This document shows positions 9,666-18,761 of a stretch of DNA of 38,785 bases, piece after piece. The position numbers and the translations under genes were made by a program. Position 1 is the stretch's first letter. Each line of letters starts with the position of its first letter. A model generated the notes under the pieces. The model had not been told where the DNA came from, made no database searches, and saw only the letters and a list, made by a program, of their open reading frames with translations. Origin of the DNA: a virus (taxonomy: Duplodnaviria; Caudoviricetes); the IMG/VR virus record IMGVR_UViG_3300048574_000406, positions 1 through 38,785 of that record. One strand, written 5' to 3'.

Positions 9666-11145
9666 TGACGGCCTCCACGGTGAGCGAGGGATTCGAGAGC
9701 GAGATCTCGAAGTTGATGAACTCGGCGTATCCGAGGGGTCGGATGCGGCCGGTGAACGTCAGCGTCTTCGTCGCGAGCAGGTCGTCGTCGCGCGAGACCG
9801 CGAAGTCGGACCCGCTCGCCTTCGGCGTCGCCTCGAGGACGGCGCGAAGGATCGCGCGGCCGCCGAGGTCGATGGCCTTCGCGTCTCGCTCGAGGATGCG
9901 ACCCGTCGCGCGATCGATGCGGATCGGCTCACCGAGTCGGCGGATGAGGTACGGCCGGACCGCGGCCTTCGCGAGGTTGATGACGCGCCGGTACGGCGCG
10001 ATCGTGAAGTCCGAGCCCGCGGCGGCGAAGATCCGCGGCCGCGTGACGTACACGCCCGCGAGACCCTCCCACGTGCGGAGCGTGACGAACCGAAGGTCGT
10101 CGAGCCCGGGCGCCGCGTCTTCGTCGTGCGCGATGCGCGCGCCGCTGTCGTCGTAGAGCGAGCACGGCAGCGAGCCGAGGTTGACGCTGAGGAGGTTGAT
10201 CTCCTCGCTCACGCGGGCCTGCCGCGGGATGACCACGTGGCCGACCGGGCGACGGTACGCGCGGCCCGACACCGACGAGGACACCACGGTCTCGTCGACG
10301 CAGAGCATCGCGCTCGTCGAGGCCTTCGACGCCCATGCCGACGACAGCGCCGCGAGGTACTCCGCCTCCGTCTCTTCGGGGTGGCGGACGCGGACGCTGC
10401 CGGCCCACCAGCGATAGCGACCACCCTCGCCGGCGCCGACGACGCGCAGGTCGATCGCGTCGAAGATCGTGGGCGTGATCTCGGTGGCGAACGCGACGAG
10501 CTCCCACTCGGCCTGGTGAGCGAGCAGCGCGTCGAGCGCGTCGGCGATCGCGGTGGCATCGCTCGTCGGCGCCGTGGTGCGGAAGGCGATGCGGTCGCCC
10601 GCGGTCAGCGTGCCCGCGGCGATGTCGACGGCGAGGTCTTCACCCTGCGCGCCGATCGTGAACGCGGTGTCGGTGCCGAGCGCGAGGGTCGGCGACCACG
10701 TGCGGCCGCCGTCGATCGACCAGCGATACGTGATGCCGGCGACGCCGCGCGTGCCGCCGGTGAGGACCTCGACGATCACCTCGTACGCGTCGAGCGGCAC
10801 GGGCGTCTCGTCGACCGTCAGCACGGCGGTGGAGCCCCCGTCCTGCTCGATCTCGGTCCAGACGTCCGCGGGAACGTCCGCGTCCATCACGTACGCGCCC
10901 GGCGCGCTCGTCGCCGAGCGCACGAACAGGATCGGGAGCCCGTAGCGCGCGATGGCGTGCGCCGCGAGCTCGACGGTCGGGCCGACGCCGAACGCGGTCC
11001 GCAGCGCGGTCACGCGCCCGACCGGCGTCGGAAGGTCGACGGACCCCTGGCTGCTCGGACCGATGATCGCGAGAGCCTTCTGGCCCCCGCCGACGACGCC
11101 GAGCGCGCCGTCGAGCTCCGTGATCGAAACTCCGGGGAGCGCCAT
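9658..11145 (-). CDS. Contractile tail sheath protein (DUF2586-like)
   Basis: 495 aa; LPGVSITELDG start; C-terminal SDF...YRRVINLA and IRPLGYAEFI. Confidence 0.88.
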   Translation of the reverse strand: MALPGVSITELDGALGVVGGGQKALAIIGPSSQGSVDLPTPVGRVTALRTAFGVGPTVELAAHAIARYGLPILFVRSATSAPGAYVMDADVPADVWTEIEQDGGSTAVLTVDETPVPLDAYEVIVEVLTGGTRGVAGITYRWSIDGGRTWSPTLALGTDTAFTIGAQGEDLAVDIAAGTLTAGDRIAFRTTAPTSDATAIADALDALLAHQAEWELVAFATEITPTIFDAIDLRVVGAGEGGRYRWWAGSVRVRHPEETEAEYLAALSSAWASKASTSAMLCVDETVVSSSVSGRAYRRPVGHVVIPRQARVSEEINLLSVNLGSLPCSLYDDSGARIAHDEDAAPGLDDLRFVTLRTWEGLAGVYVTRPRIFAAAGSDFTIAPYRRVINLAKAAVRPYLIRRLGEPIRIDRATGRILERDAKAIDLGGRAILRAVLEATPKASGSDFAVSRDDDLLATKTLTFTGRIRPLGYAEFINFEISLSNPSLTVEAVNG

Positions 11146-11148
11146 CGC

Positions 11149-11745
11149 TCACACCTCCTCGTCCGTCGAGATCGACTCGCTCGCGATCTCCTCGCCCTCT
11201 TCGCCGAGGTGCACCACGCCCTCGGCCCTCAACGGCCCCGTCTCCGCGGGAGCCACCACGATCCCGCCGGCCTCGAGGTCGGGCGGGGCATCCGGGATCA
11301 CTGCGTCGAGCTCGAGCACGACGCGCAGCAGCGCCCCGTGACGTCGCTCCGTCCTGCGGGTCTCCCATTCGGTCGACGAGACCCGCACGCGGCCGGGCAT
11401 CGCGAGCATCGCGCCGCGCACCGCGACGTCGTAGAGCGCGCGGGCCGCGCGGTACTGCGCGAGCTCGTCTTCGGGCGCGCTCGGATCGTTCGCCTCGCAC
11501 TCGATCGTCACGAGCTCCCGCAGCGTCGCGAGCGCGCGGTAGACGCCGTCACCGCTGCTCGGACCGCCGGGAGCGATCTCGCCAACGCTGCCGGATTCGT
11601 CGCCGGGGATCACGGCGATGCGGCGACGCTTCAAGCGCGAGCGCGCGGGGGCACGCCAGCCGAAGACCACGTCGCAGTCGAGCGGACCCTCCGCCGCCAC
11701 GCGGGCGACGAGCGACGTGTAGAGCGCTGAGACCGGCCACGTCAC
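11149..11745 (-). CDS. Putative tail terminator/completion protein
   Basis: 198 aa between neck genes and sheath. Confidence 0.6.
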   Translation of the reverse strand: MTWPVSALYTSLVARVAAEGPLDCDVVFGWRAPARSRLKRRRIAVIPGDESGSVGEIAPGGPSSGDGVYRALATLRELVTIECEANDPSAPEDELAQYRAARALYDVAVRGAMLAMPGRVRVSSTEWETRRTERRHGALLRVVLELDAVIPDAPPDLEAGGIVVAPAETGPLRAEGVVHLGEEGEEIASESISTDEEV

Positions 11746-12143
11746 GCGGAGGCCTCCGTGAAGCGCTCGAACACCCGCTTCGCCGCAGCTTCGAGCTCGC
11801 GCTGCAGCTCAGGCGTGATCTCGGTCGGCAGCAGCTCGCGGGTGATGCCGCCGCGAGCTCGGCCGAGATGGTGCAGCACGAGGTGCCGCTTCGTCAGACG
11901 CACCTCGATCCGGTCGCCGCGCACGACGACCTTGATGGCTCGATCGGCGCGCTCGAGCGCGGCCGCCCCGTCCTGCCGGCGCGCGATCGGGTCGCCGTCG
12001 GGAGAGCGGTTTGCGCGCAGCGCGCCGCGCACGTGGGCACGCAGCGTCTTCGAGAGCTCGCGCTTGAGTGCGCGATCGAGCTCCCGCTCGAGCTTGGTGA
12101 GCTCACGGATCTTCGCGTCGACCACCGCGATCGCGTCGCTCAT
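11742..12143 (-). CDS. Virion morphogenesis/tail completion protein (Mu gpG-like)
   Basis: SPDGDP...HHLG...RELLP pattern; ATGA overlap at 12143. Confidence 0.7.
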   Translation of the reverse strand: MSDAIAVVDAKIRELTKLERELDRALKRELSKTLRAHVRGALRANRSPDGDPIARRQDGAAALERADRAIKVVVRGDRIEVRLTKRHLVLHHLGRARGGITRELLPTEITPELQRELEAAAKRVFERFTEASA

Positions 12144-12622
12144 GAGCCACCGCCTCGCCGGTCGTCTTCGCGAGCCGCGGCGGCCTGCACGTCGTGCCAC
12201 GCGTACGGCGACTGCTCGGAGTACCCGAGCGGAGCTCCACGAGCGATGCCGGAGGCCTCGGGAGTGCTCTGCCGCGGCGGGAGCTGGAAGAGTCCGGTCT
12301 CTGAGTTCGCGGCCTCTTCGACCTCTTTCAGGGTGCGCTCGTAGTCCTCGCGCACGAACTCCATGTCGACGTCGCTCGCGTCGACGCCGTGGCGAAGCCA
12401 ACAACGCATCGTCACGAGCGTCGTGAGCCAGAGAAGAAGGATCTCGGGGTACGGCGCCGCGAACGGCGTCACGTACCGCTTCGCGAGGCGGGCATCGAGC
12501 CACGCGCCTTGCTGCAGGATCTGCGTGTCGATCCATCCCGGCGAGCGCGCCTCGAGCGCGTCGAGGTACTCGCTCGGCATGTCCGAGCGCGCCGCGAACG
12601 CGTCTTTGGTGAGGTACGGCAT
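12140..12622 (-). CDS. Head-tail adaptor (Mu gp36/DUF1320-like)
   Basis: MPYLT start, LDARLAKRYVTPF, follows capsid. Confidence 0.82.
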   Translation of the reverse strand: MPYLTKDAFAARSDMPSEYLDALEARSPGWIDTQILQQGAWLDARLAKRYVTPFAAPYPEILLLWLTTLVTMRCWLRHGVDASDVDMEFVREDYERTLKEVEEAANSETGLFQLPPRQSTPEASGIARGAPLGYSEQSPYAWHDVQAAAAREDDRRGGGS

Positions 12623-12639
12623 GGATCAATCGGTGGCGG

Positions 12640-12680
12640 AAAAGACCCGGCGCGCGCGGGCCGCCACCCGCGCGCGCCGG
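12640..12680 (-). terminator. Intrinsic terminator after major capsid gene
   Basis: 14-bp perfect stem CCGGCGCGCGCGGG/CCCGCGCGCGCCGG, 6-nt loop, then GTCTTTT. Confidence 0.8.
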
Positions 12681-12686
12681 CTCACC

Positions 12687-13688
12687 TCACCTCGCGTCGA
12701 CGCGGAAGAGCAGGTACGGATGACCCGGGTGCGCGACGTTGCGACCCTGGGTCGTCCACTGGAGCTGACGAACGCGCTCGAGCTCCGCGTCCGTCTCCGG
12801 GCCGTGGTACTGGATCGAGAAGGCCTCGCGCTCCGAGTACACGACGCCGCCGAGGCCGTCCGTCGCCGGCTCTTCGACGCCGACGTAGTAGGTCGTGTCC
12901 GACCCACCCTGCGCCGCTCCGAGCTCGGGGCACTCGATCGGCACCATCCCGAGGTACGAGGTCAGCCCCTGCACGTCGGTCGCGTCGATGAACTTCGCGT
13001 TCAGGATCTTCGACGCCGCGGGCATGAGAGCCGGCGGCACGAAGAGTCGCTTGGCGCGCAGGTTGCGGGAGAAGCCGCTCGCGGCCTTCAGCCCGTGGAT
13101 GTAGGCGACGACCTTCGCGAGGTTCGCGAGCGCCGTCTCGTCGGCGCCTCCGATCGGCGCCGCGCCCGGGTAGGCGCCGCTCGGCGCACCCGTGAAGAGG
13201 TTCGCGAACACCCCGTTCCGGTTGTTGCGACCGTTGACGAAGTGACCGGACGCGTGGAAGAGCGCGAGACCGTCGTAGGTCGTCGGGTTCGCCTTGATGA
13301 CGTCCGCGATGACCTTCTGCGGCCAGTAGACTGCTTGCGCGGTGACCTGCTTCGTCCAGTGCGTGAGCACGTCGAAGCCGTTGCCGTCGACGTCCTCGAA
13401 GTCTTCCTTCTTCACGATCAAGCCCGCGTTCGCGACCTTGTTCGTGAACTCGGTCCAGAGCTGATCGATCTCGTCGAACGCGATGGAACCACCGCCGTGC
13501 GGCGCGCTCGAGTACTCGAGCGACGCGCTCTCGACGAGCCACGCGATCTTCTCGCGACGGCCCTGCGACTGGAACTGCCGAGCGACCTTGTCCCACCACA
13601 GGTTGCGGGTCAGACGCTCGGAGTCTTCCGTGATGATCTGCGACATGCGGTCGCGGATCTCGATCAGCGTTTCGTGAGTCAGGATCAT
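12687..13688 (-). CDS. Major capsid protein (Mu gpT-like)
   Basis: 333 aa; YDGLALFHASGH and LFVPPAL motifs; SD GGAGG. Confidence 0.9.
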   Translation of the reverse strand: MILTHETLIEIRDRMSQIITEDSERLTRNLWWDKVARQFQSQGRREKIAWLVESASLEYSSAPHGGGSIAFDEIDQLWTEFTNKVANAGLIVKKEDFEDVDGNGFDVLTHWTKQVTAQAVYWPQKVIADVIKANPTTYDGLALFHASGHFVNGRNNRNGVFANLFTGAPSGAYPGAAPIGGADETALANLAKVVAYIHGLKAASGFSRNLRAKRLFVPPALMPAASKILNAKFIDATDVQGLTSYLGMVPIECPELGAAQGGSDTTYYVGVEEPATDGLGGVVYSEREAFSIQYHGPETDAELERVRQLQWTTQGRNVAHPGHPYLLFRVDAR

Positions 13689-13703
13689 GACTCAATCCTC
13701 CAT

Positions 13704-13733
13704 GTTCGTGATCAGCCTCAGCTGATCACGAAC
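13704..13733 (-). promoter_or_regulatory. Perfect 13-bp hairpin just 5' of the capsid RBS
   Basis: GTTCGTGATCAGC-TGAG-GCTGATCACGAAC; upstream gene's TGA lies in the loop. Confidence 0.7.
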
Positions 13734-14143
13734 TCCGGCCCGAGGGCGATCATCGTTTGAACCATGACCTGGCCGTCGGGCGCGAGGCCCCAGCACAGGC
13801 CGAGCGTCGAGTTCGCCCCGGTGTCGTCGTCGGTGGTCGCGACGCCGCCGTCTCCGAGGTAGACGAGCGACCCGATGTCCGCGTCCGTCGGGTTGTTCGG
13901 CGCATTCGCGGCGGGGAAACGAGTGAGCCAGAGCGGCTGGAACAGCCGCACGCGCACCTTGGCCGTCCCGTCGCCCGTCGCGTCCTCGTCGAAGCGACCG
14001 ATCGCGAACAGCGTCGCGATGCCAGCCGCGCCCGGGACGAGCAGTCCCGTAGCCGTGTTGATCGCGGCGATGCCGCCCTTCGTCGCGACCGCGTCATCGG
14101 TGAGCGCGATCTCGACGTACTGCGTGGCCTGTTCGACCTTCAC
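13718..14143 (-). CDS. Head decoration/cement protein
   Basis: 141 aa between scaffold and capsid; DADIGSLVYL motif. Confidence 0.75.
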   Translation of the reverse strand: MKVEQATQYVEIALTDDAVATKGGIAAINTATGLLVPGAAGIATLFAIGRFDEDATGDGTAKVRVRLFQPLWLTRFPAANAPNNPTDADIGSLVYLGDGGVATTDDDTGANSTLGLCWGLAPDGQVMVQTMIALGPEFVIS

Positions 14144-14706
14144 GACGCACCTCCGTCGGCGACGGGAACGTTGATGAGGATCTTCGAACCCTCGACCTTG
14201 ACGCCGCGCTTCTTCGGCGCGCCGCCCATGCGCCGCGCGACCTCCGCGCGGAGCTCCTGACGTGCCGGCGTCACCGACGCCTGCGAGCTGCCCCGCGTCG
14301 CCGGGACCTGAGTGGTCGCCGCGAGTTGCTCCTGCCGCGAGGGCTGGGCCGGGATGTGGGCGAGCGCCTTGCGAGCGTCCTCGACGCTCAGCGAGTCGAG
14401 CCAGCGCCGGGTCTCCGGCGCGATGTCGGTGCGCGACGCGTACAGCGCCGCACGCTCGCGCTGCTCTTCGCGAGCGCGGAGCTGCTGGACCTCGCGGGCG
14501 AGGCCGTTGACCGCCGCCAGCGCACTCGACGCGACGGTCGCGTCGGGGTCGGTCGGAGGCGGCGGAGTCTCGCTGCTCGGCGGGTCGTCCGCGGGAGGCG
14601 GCTCGTCCCCCTCGAGTGCTGCGAGGGCGGCGCGCGCGCGGCGCGCCATCTCTTCGTCGTCGCCGTCCGCCGCAGCGCGGAGGGCGTTCATCACCTCTTC
14701 GTCCAT
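14140..14706 (-). CDS. Nested in-frame scaffolding protein
   Basis: Internal GGAGG 8 nt before ATG 14706; acidic/helical product. Confidence 0.65.
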   Translation of the reverse strand: MDEEVMNALRAAADGDDEEMARRARAALAALEGDEPPPADDPPSSETPPPPTDPDATVASSALAAVNGLAREVQQLRAREEQRERAALYASRTDIAPETRRWLDSLSVEDARKALAHIPAQPSRQEQLAATTQVPATRGSSQASVTPARQELRAEVARRMGGAPKKRGVKVEGSKILINVPVADGGAS

Positions 14707-15486
14707 TTGCATTCCCTCCGCCGCCGGAGCGGCTGTGGTGACGTGCTTCAGCGACGCCACAAACGCCTCGCGGCGTGCGACACGGTCGGCGAGCGCCACC
14801 GCGACGGCTTGCTCGCCCACGAACACACCCGCTTCGAGTCGCAGCACCGCGGCCGCATCCCCGATCGGGCGACGCGTCGAGACGTGCTCAGCAAAGACGC
14901 GCGCGAGGTCGTCGATCAGACCTTGCCGCGCGGCGATCGCCTGAGGGGTGACCGGTGCGTGCGGAGCGCCGTCGGCCTTGCGCGCACCGCTCGTGATCAG
15001 CGACCACGCGACGCCCATCGCCGCGTCCATCTTCGTCTCGTCGACGAGCGCGTCGATCACGCCGATCGAGCCGAGGATCGCGGCGGGAGAGACGACGATC
15101 TCGTCGCACGCGCACGCGAGTGCGTAGGCTGCGGAGCACGCGGAGCCGCTCACGTACGCGACGAGCCGCGCACCGCTCCGCTCCGCGATCTCGCGGAGCG
15201 AGGCGCACGCCTCGAGCATCCCGGCCACCTCGCCACCCGGCGAGTCGAAGTCGAGCACGATCGTGCGAGCCTCTGACGCGATGGCGGTCCGCACGTCGCG
15301 AACGATCGCTTCGTAGGAGTCGCACCATCCGCCAGCGTGCGCCTCGAGCGGACCGACGACGGCGAGCTCCGCGACGCCGTCGACCACGCGCACGTCGCGC
15401 GTGGGCGCGTCGACGAGGAGGAACGCGCCGAACGCGCGTGGATCGAGCGCTGCGGGTCCGCGCGGCAGGAAACGACGGCGCGTCAT
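14140..15486 (-). CDS. S49 (SppA/ClpP-like) prohead protease with C-terminal scaffold
   Basis: LDFDSPGG, ACSAAY (catalytic Ser), GSIGV, GARK (Lys); ATGA overlap with portal stop. Confidence 0.9.
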   Translation of the reverse strand: MTRRRFLPRGPAALDPRAFGAFLLVDAPTRDVRVVDGVAELAVVGPLEAHAGGWCDSYEAIVRDVRTAIASEARTIVLDFDSPGGEVAGMLEACASLREIAERSGARLVAYVSGSACSAAYALACACDEIVVSPAAILGSIGVIDALVDETKMDAAMGVAWSLITSGARKADGAPHAPVTPQAIAARQGLIDDLARVFAEHVSTRRPIGDAAAVLRLEAGVFVGEQAVAVALADRVARREAFVASLKHVTTAAPAAEGMQMDEEVMNALRAAADGDDEEMARRARAALAALEGDEPPPADDPPSSETPPPPTDPDATVASSALAAVNGLAREVQQLRAREEQRERAALYASRTDIAPETRRWLDSLSVEDARKALAHIPAQPSRQEQLAATTQVPATRGSSQASVTPARQELRAEVARRMGGAPKKRGVKVEGSKILINVPVADGGAS

Positions 15487-16784
15487 GCGACCTCCGACAC
15501 GAGCCGAAGCGCGGGGGCCGCGGCGGGCTTGCGGATGATCGGAACGCCGAAGTGCTGCGCGATGCGGTCGACGTCGACGGACGCCCCGTGCGGCGCGAGC
15601 GCTTCGTCGAGGCCCTTGATCGCCGACGAGACCGCGACGAGAGCGTTCGCCTCGCTCGCGAGATCCTTCGGAGGCGTGACGTCCCACTCGACCGCGGCCG
15701 CGTCGTCGAGCGCTTCGTCGCCGAACCGACGGACGATGAACTGCGGAAGGATCTGCGTGTTGACCGTGTGCGCGAGCTCGTCGGCCGTCGCCTTGATCAG
15801 ATCCGCTCGGATCGACTTGTGGACGTCGGCGTTCGCGAAGCCCGTGCCGCCGGTGGTCGTGACGACCTGCCCGGCGATCGAGATGATGAGCTCCTCGTTC
15901 TGTTCCTTGATCGTCGCGAGGAAGCTGTCGGCACCGCGTCCGTTGCTCTCGAGCAGCCGGACGTCGTAGCCGGGCGTGAGAGCGAAGACCGTGTTCACGC
16001 CCCACGCCATGACGCGGCGAAACCAGCTCTGCCGATGCGCCTCGTCGGCGCCCACGGGAGCGACCGCGACGCGCGCGGGGTTGGCGAGCTTCGCCTCCCA
16101 GTTGTCGCGGTGCTCGCGCGCGTGGTCCTTCGTGATGAACGCGCGCCCGACGCTCCGCCACAGGCCCGCTTGCCACGGGGCCATCCGTCCGCCCGGCGTG
16201 TGGAGCACCCATCGTCCGTCGCCCGGCGAGATGGGGAGCAAGCCCCCGATCGAGGCGTAGTACCAGCGCCCCTCGTCCCAGCGATAACGCAGGAACTCCG
16301 GGTCGAGCCGCACGAGCACGGGGTAGTCGCGGCCGACGACGGGCACGAGCTCGCCCACCGAGACGCCCAGCAGCACACCGTCGGCGGCCATCTGCGCGAG
16401 CTCGTGAGGAGGCGCGAGCTCGTCGAACGTCGAGCGCGCGGCTCGAGGATCTCGATCGAGCGCGGTGACGATGTCGTCTCGCCCGCGGAAGCGGCGCGGC
16501 AATCGCACGAGGCCAGCGGTCCGGGTGGAGAGCACACCAGCGACGACGCCGTCGGTGCGCGCGGCGCGCATGAGGCGGGCGGCCGTCGAGAGGTCGCCGG
16601 CGTCCGCCTGAAAGACGGCGTGCTCGAGGTCGTCGAGGTACCACCGGGTCTGAGACCGCGGGACGGGCTGGACGGTGCCGCCACGGCGGATCTCGCGCAC
16701 CTCGCGCTCGAGGTCCTGCACGTACGTGCTGACACCGAGGAGCGCGGCGACGCGGAGTCCGAGACGCTGGCGAAGTCCGACCAC
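15483..16784 (-). CDS. Portal protein (Mu gp29/DUF935-like)
   Basis: Between terL and protease; SIAGQVVTT...ADVH motif; start fixed by register with the repeat. Confidence 0.85.
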   Translation of the reverse strand: MVGLRQRLGLRVAALLGVSTYVQDLEREVREIRRGGTVQPVPRSQTRWYLDDLEHAVFQADAGDLSTAARLMRAARTDGVVAGVLSTRTAGLVRLPRRFRGRDDIVTALDRDPRAARSTFDELAPPHELAQMAADGVLLGVSVGELVPVVGRDYPVLVRLDPEFLRYRWDEGRWYYASIGGLLPISPGDGRWVLHTPGGRMAPWQAGLWRSVGRAFITKDHAREHRDNWEAKLANPARVAVAPVGADEAHRQSWFRRVMAWGVNTVFALTPGYDVRLLESNGRGADSFLATIKEQNEELIISIAGQVVTTTGGTGFANADVHKSIRADLIKATADELAHTVNTQILPQFIVRRFGDEALDDAAAVEWDVTPPKDLASEANALVAVSSAIKGLDEALAPHGASVDVDRIAQHFGVPIIRKPAAAPALRLVSEVA

Positions 16785-16793
16785 GCACAGAAG

Positions 16794-16860
16794 GTGAGCG
16801 GCCGCGTTCGCGAAGAACGGAACTTCGTGATCTTCACTGCTGGCGCGAGAGTGAAGATCA
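16794..16860 (-). promoter_or_regulatory. 64-bp element copy 2 with perfect dyad TGATCTTCACT-N11-AGTGAAGATCA (16828..16860)
   Basis: Near-identical to 651..714; immediately upstream of the portal gene. Confidence 0.78.
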
Positions 16861-17064
16861 GGTTCGCCAGTACCGCCCGGAGCCCCACGACGCTCGCGCG
16901 ATCCCGTAGTTCCGCTCGAGTGCGAGGCGCGCGCGGGGACTGGGAAGGCTCGCGCCGGAGGCCCACGACGACACGCGGCTTTTCGCGACACCGCAGCGCG
17001 CCGCGACCTCGACGCCGGCCGTTCGCTGCAGCACCGCGAGGAGCGCCCGGCGCCCCGGGTTCAT
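16858..17064 (-). CDS. Small XRE-family HTH protein (68 aa)
   Basis: VEVAARCGVAKSRVSSWASGASLP; ATGA-coupled to terL stop. Confidence 0.75.
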   Translation of the reverse strand: MNPGRRALLAVLQRTAGVEVAARCGVAKSRVSSWASGASLPSPRARLALERNYGIARASWGSGRYWRT

Positions 17065-18761
17065 CGCCGCTGGCGCCACGACCGGCGGCCTCCGTACGGA
17101 TTCAACGCGGGCGCGTTGTCGTCCTCGTCGTCGCGAGCCGCCTTCGACGCGGCCGCGTCCTTCTCGTCCGCGGGGTCTGCGTCACGGAGCGCGGTCGGCT
17201 CCCAACATGCTAGCGCGAGCGAGTCGAAGCGATCGGGCGAGCGGCCGAGCTCCTTCTTCACCACGTCCTTCGGGGTGACCTTGAGCCGGCCGTTCAGCGC
17301 CGGCTTCCATTCGAGGATGTGCAGCTCTGCGGCCAGCCGTACGTCCTCAACGATCGCGCCGCCGGCACGCACCCACGACTCGAGCGACGCGACAAGCGCG
17401 TCGCGCTGGCGGTCGTAGATCATCGGGTCACGCGTGGCGCGGTCGCTCGCGCGCACCCCGACGAGCTCGAAGAGACCGGGGTGACGGTCTCGGTGAGAGC
17501 GGAGCGCGCCGTACAGGCTCGATCCGATCGCGCCCTCGCGGTCGACGACCACCACCGGTGGCGCCTCGCGGGGGCGGCGATGCTTGGCGAGCACGGCGAG
17601 GATCAGCGCAACGTGCGCGTCGTCATCGAGCCCTCGCTGCGTGAGGAGCTCGAGCAGCTTCTTGCCGCGGCGCACCGTGACGCCGGTCTCGTCGCCGGTG
17701 CCGCTCGCGCCGGCGGGATCGATCCCAACGTAGAGCCGGGAGTACTGATCGGGATCCTCGGGCACACCGCCGTCCGGCATGTCGTGCCACCGCTGCTCCG
17801 CCTCGGTGATCGCGTGGACGGAGAAGATCTTTCCGTCCTCGTTCAGCGCGAACTCGCCCTTCACGCGGACGCGGTAGATCGGCGAGTCCTCGCCCCACTC
17901 CTCGCGCTTCTCGTCGACCCACTCTCGAGTCGCGAGCCCCTCGACCACGATGCGCCCCTCGACGACGTTGGGCGTCTCCTCGCTCGAGATCTGGATGGTG
18001 CGGTAGAGCGTCTTCTTCCCGTGGAACGCGCGAAAGAACTCTCCGTCGGTGCGCGTCGGGTTGCTGAACATCACGATCCGAGCGCCACCCGCTCGGTTGC
18101 CTTCGATCGCCTCGAAGATGATGTCGGGAACGCCGCTCGCTTCGTCGATGATGTAGAGCAGTCGACGCCCCGAGATCCCGGCCACGGCCTCGGCTTCCCT
18201 CGCCGTGAAACCAACGATCTCCCGGAAGTCTTCGCTCTTGAGCCCGGTCCTCGCGAGCTCGCCGATCTTGCCTTCGATCAGCGCCGAGTGCGGACAGGGA
18301 ACGGGCATCAAGCCCTGCGGGTCTGCAGCCTTGCAGGCGACGCACTTGCCGCCGCGTGCGCGCATCATTTGCAGCTCGCGCCACAGGATCTGATCGACCT
18401 GCCGCGCTGTCGTCGACGACATCACGACGCGCGCGTCCGGGAACGACGAGTAGTACCAGAGCGCGATTCCCGCGGCGGTGTGGCTCTTCGAGACCTTGTG
18501 CCCGCTCGCTACCGCGAGCCTCGGTGAGTCGCGCACGGCTTCGATGATCTCGACCTGTTTCGACCACGGCTCCACGCCGAGGATCTCGCGAAAGAAGAGC
18601 ACCGGATCTTCGCGGTACTTCGCGCTCGGCCAGCGGATGCGGCCGCGAGCCCCCTTGGCTTCGCGGAGCGCCGACTTGAGATCCTCCACGAACGTGAGCC
18701 GACGATGCGCTGGCTCTTGCCGACGCCGGCGGCCTACCTCCGTCGCGATCGCCGTCGTCAT
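17061..18761 (-). CDS. terL: Terminase large subunit
   Basis: PWSKQ, Walker A-like SGHKVSKS, Walker B YIIDEA, SNP coupling motif, RNase H VGIDPA, SPDRFDSLAL. Confidence 0.93.
   Translation of the reverse strand: MTTAIATEVGRRRRQEPAHRRLTFVEDLKSALREAKGARGRIRWPSAKYREDPVLFFREILGVEPWSKQVEIIEAVRDSPRLAVASGHKVSKSHTAAGIALWYYSSFPDARVVMSSTTARQVDQILWRELQMMRARGGKCVACKAADPQGLMPVPCPHSALIEGKIGELARTGLKSEDFREIVGFTAREAEAVAGISGRRLLYIIDEASGVPDIIFEAIEGNRAGGARIVMFSNPTRTDGEFFRAFHGKKTLYRTIQISSEETPNVVEGRIVVEGLATREWVDEKREEWGEDSPIYRVRVKGEFALNEDGKIFSVHAITEAEQRWHDMPDGGVPEDPDQYSRLYVGIDPAGASGTGDETGVTVRRGKKLLELLTQRGLDDDAHVALILAVLAKHRRPREAPPVVVVDREGAIGSSLYGALRSHRDRHPGLFELVGVRASDRATRDPMIYDRQRDALVASLESWVRAGGAIVEDVRLAAELHILEWKPALNGRLKVTPKDVVKKELGRSPDRFDSLALACWEPTALRDADPADEKDAAASKAARDDEDDNAPALNPYGGRRSWRQRR

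Noticed and set aside
9210-16784. Transposable Mu-like phage, tailocin or T6SS
   Set aside because: No MuA/MuB; head, terminase and tyrosine integrase are all present
16819-16825. GGAACTT, ECF-sigma -35-like, on the plus strand of both repeat copies
   Set aside because: No matching -10 at the expected spacing and it points antisense to all local genes; not fully excluded
18288-18344. Intein in terL
   Set aside because: Insertion is too short and lacks intein terminal motifs
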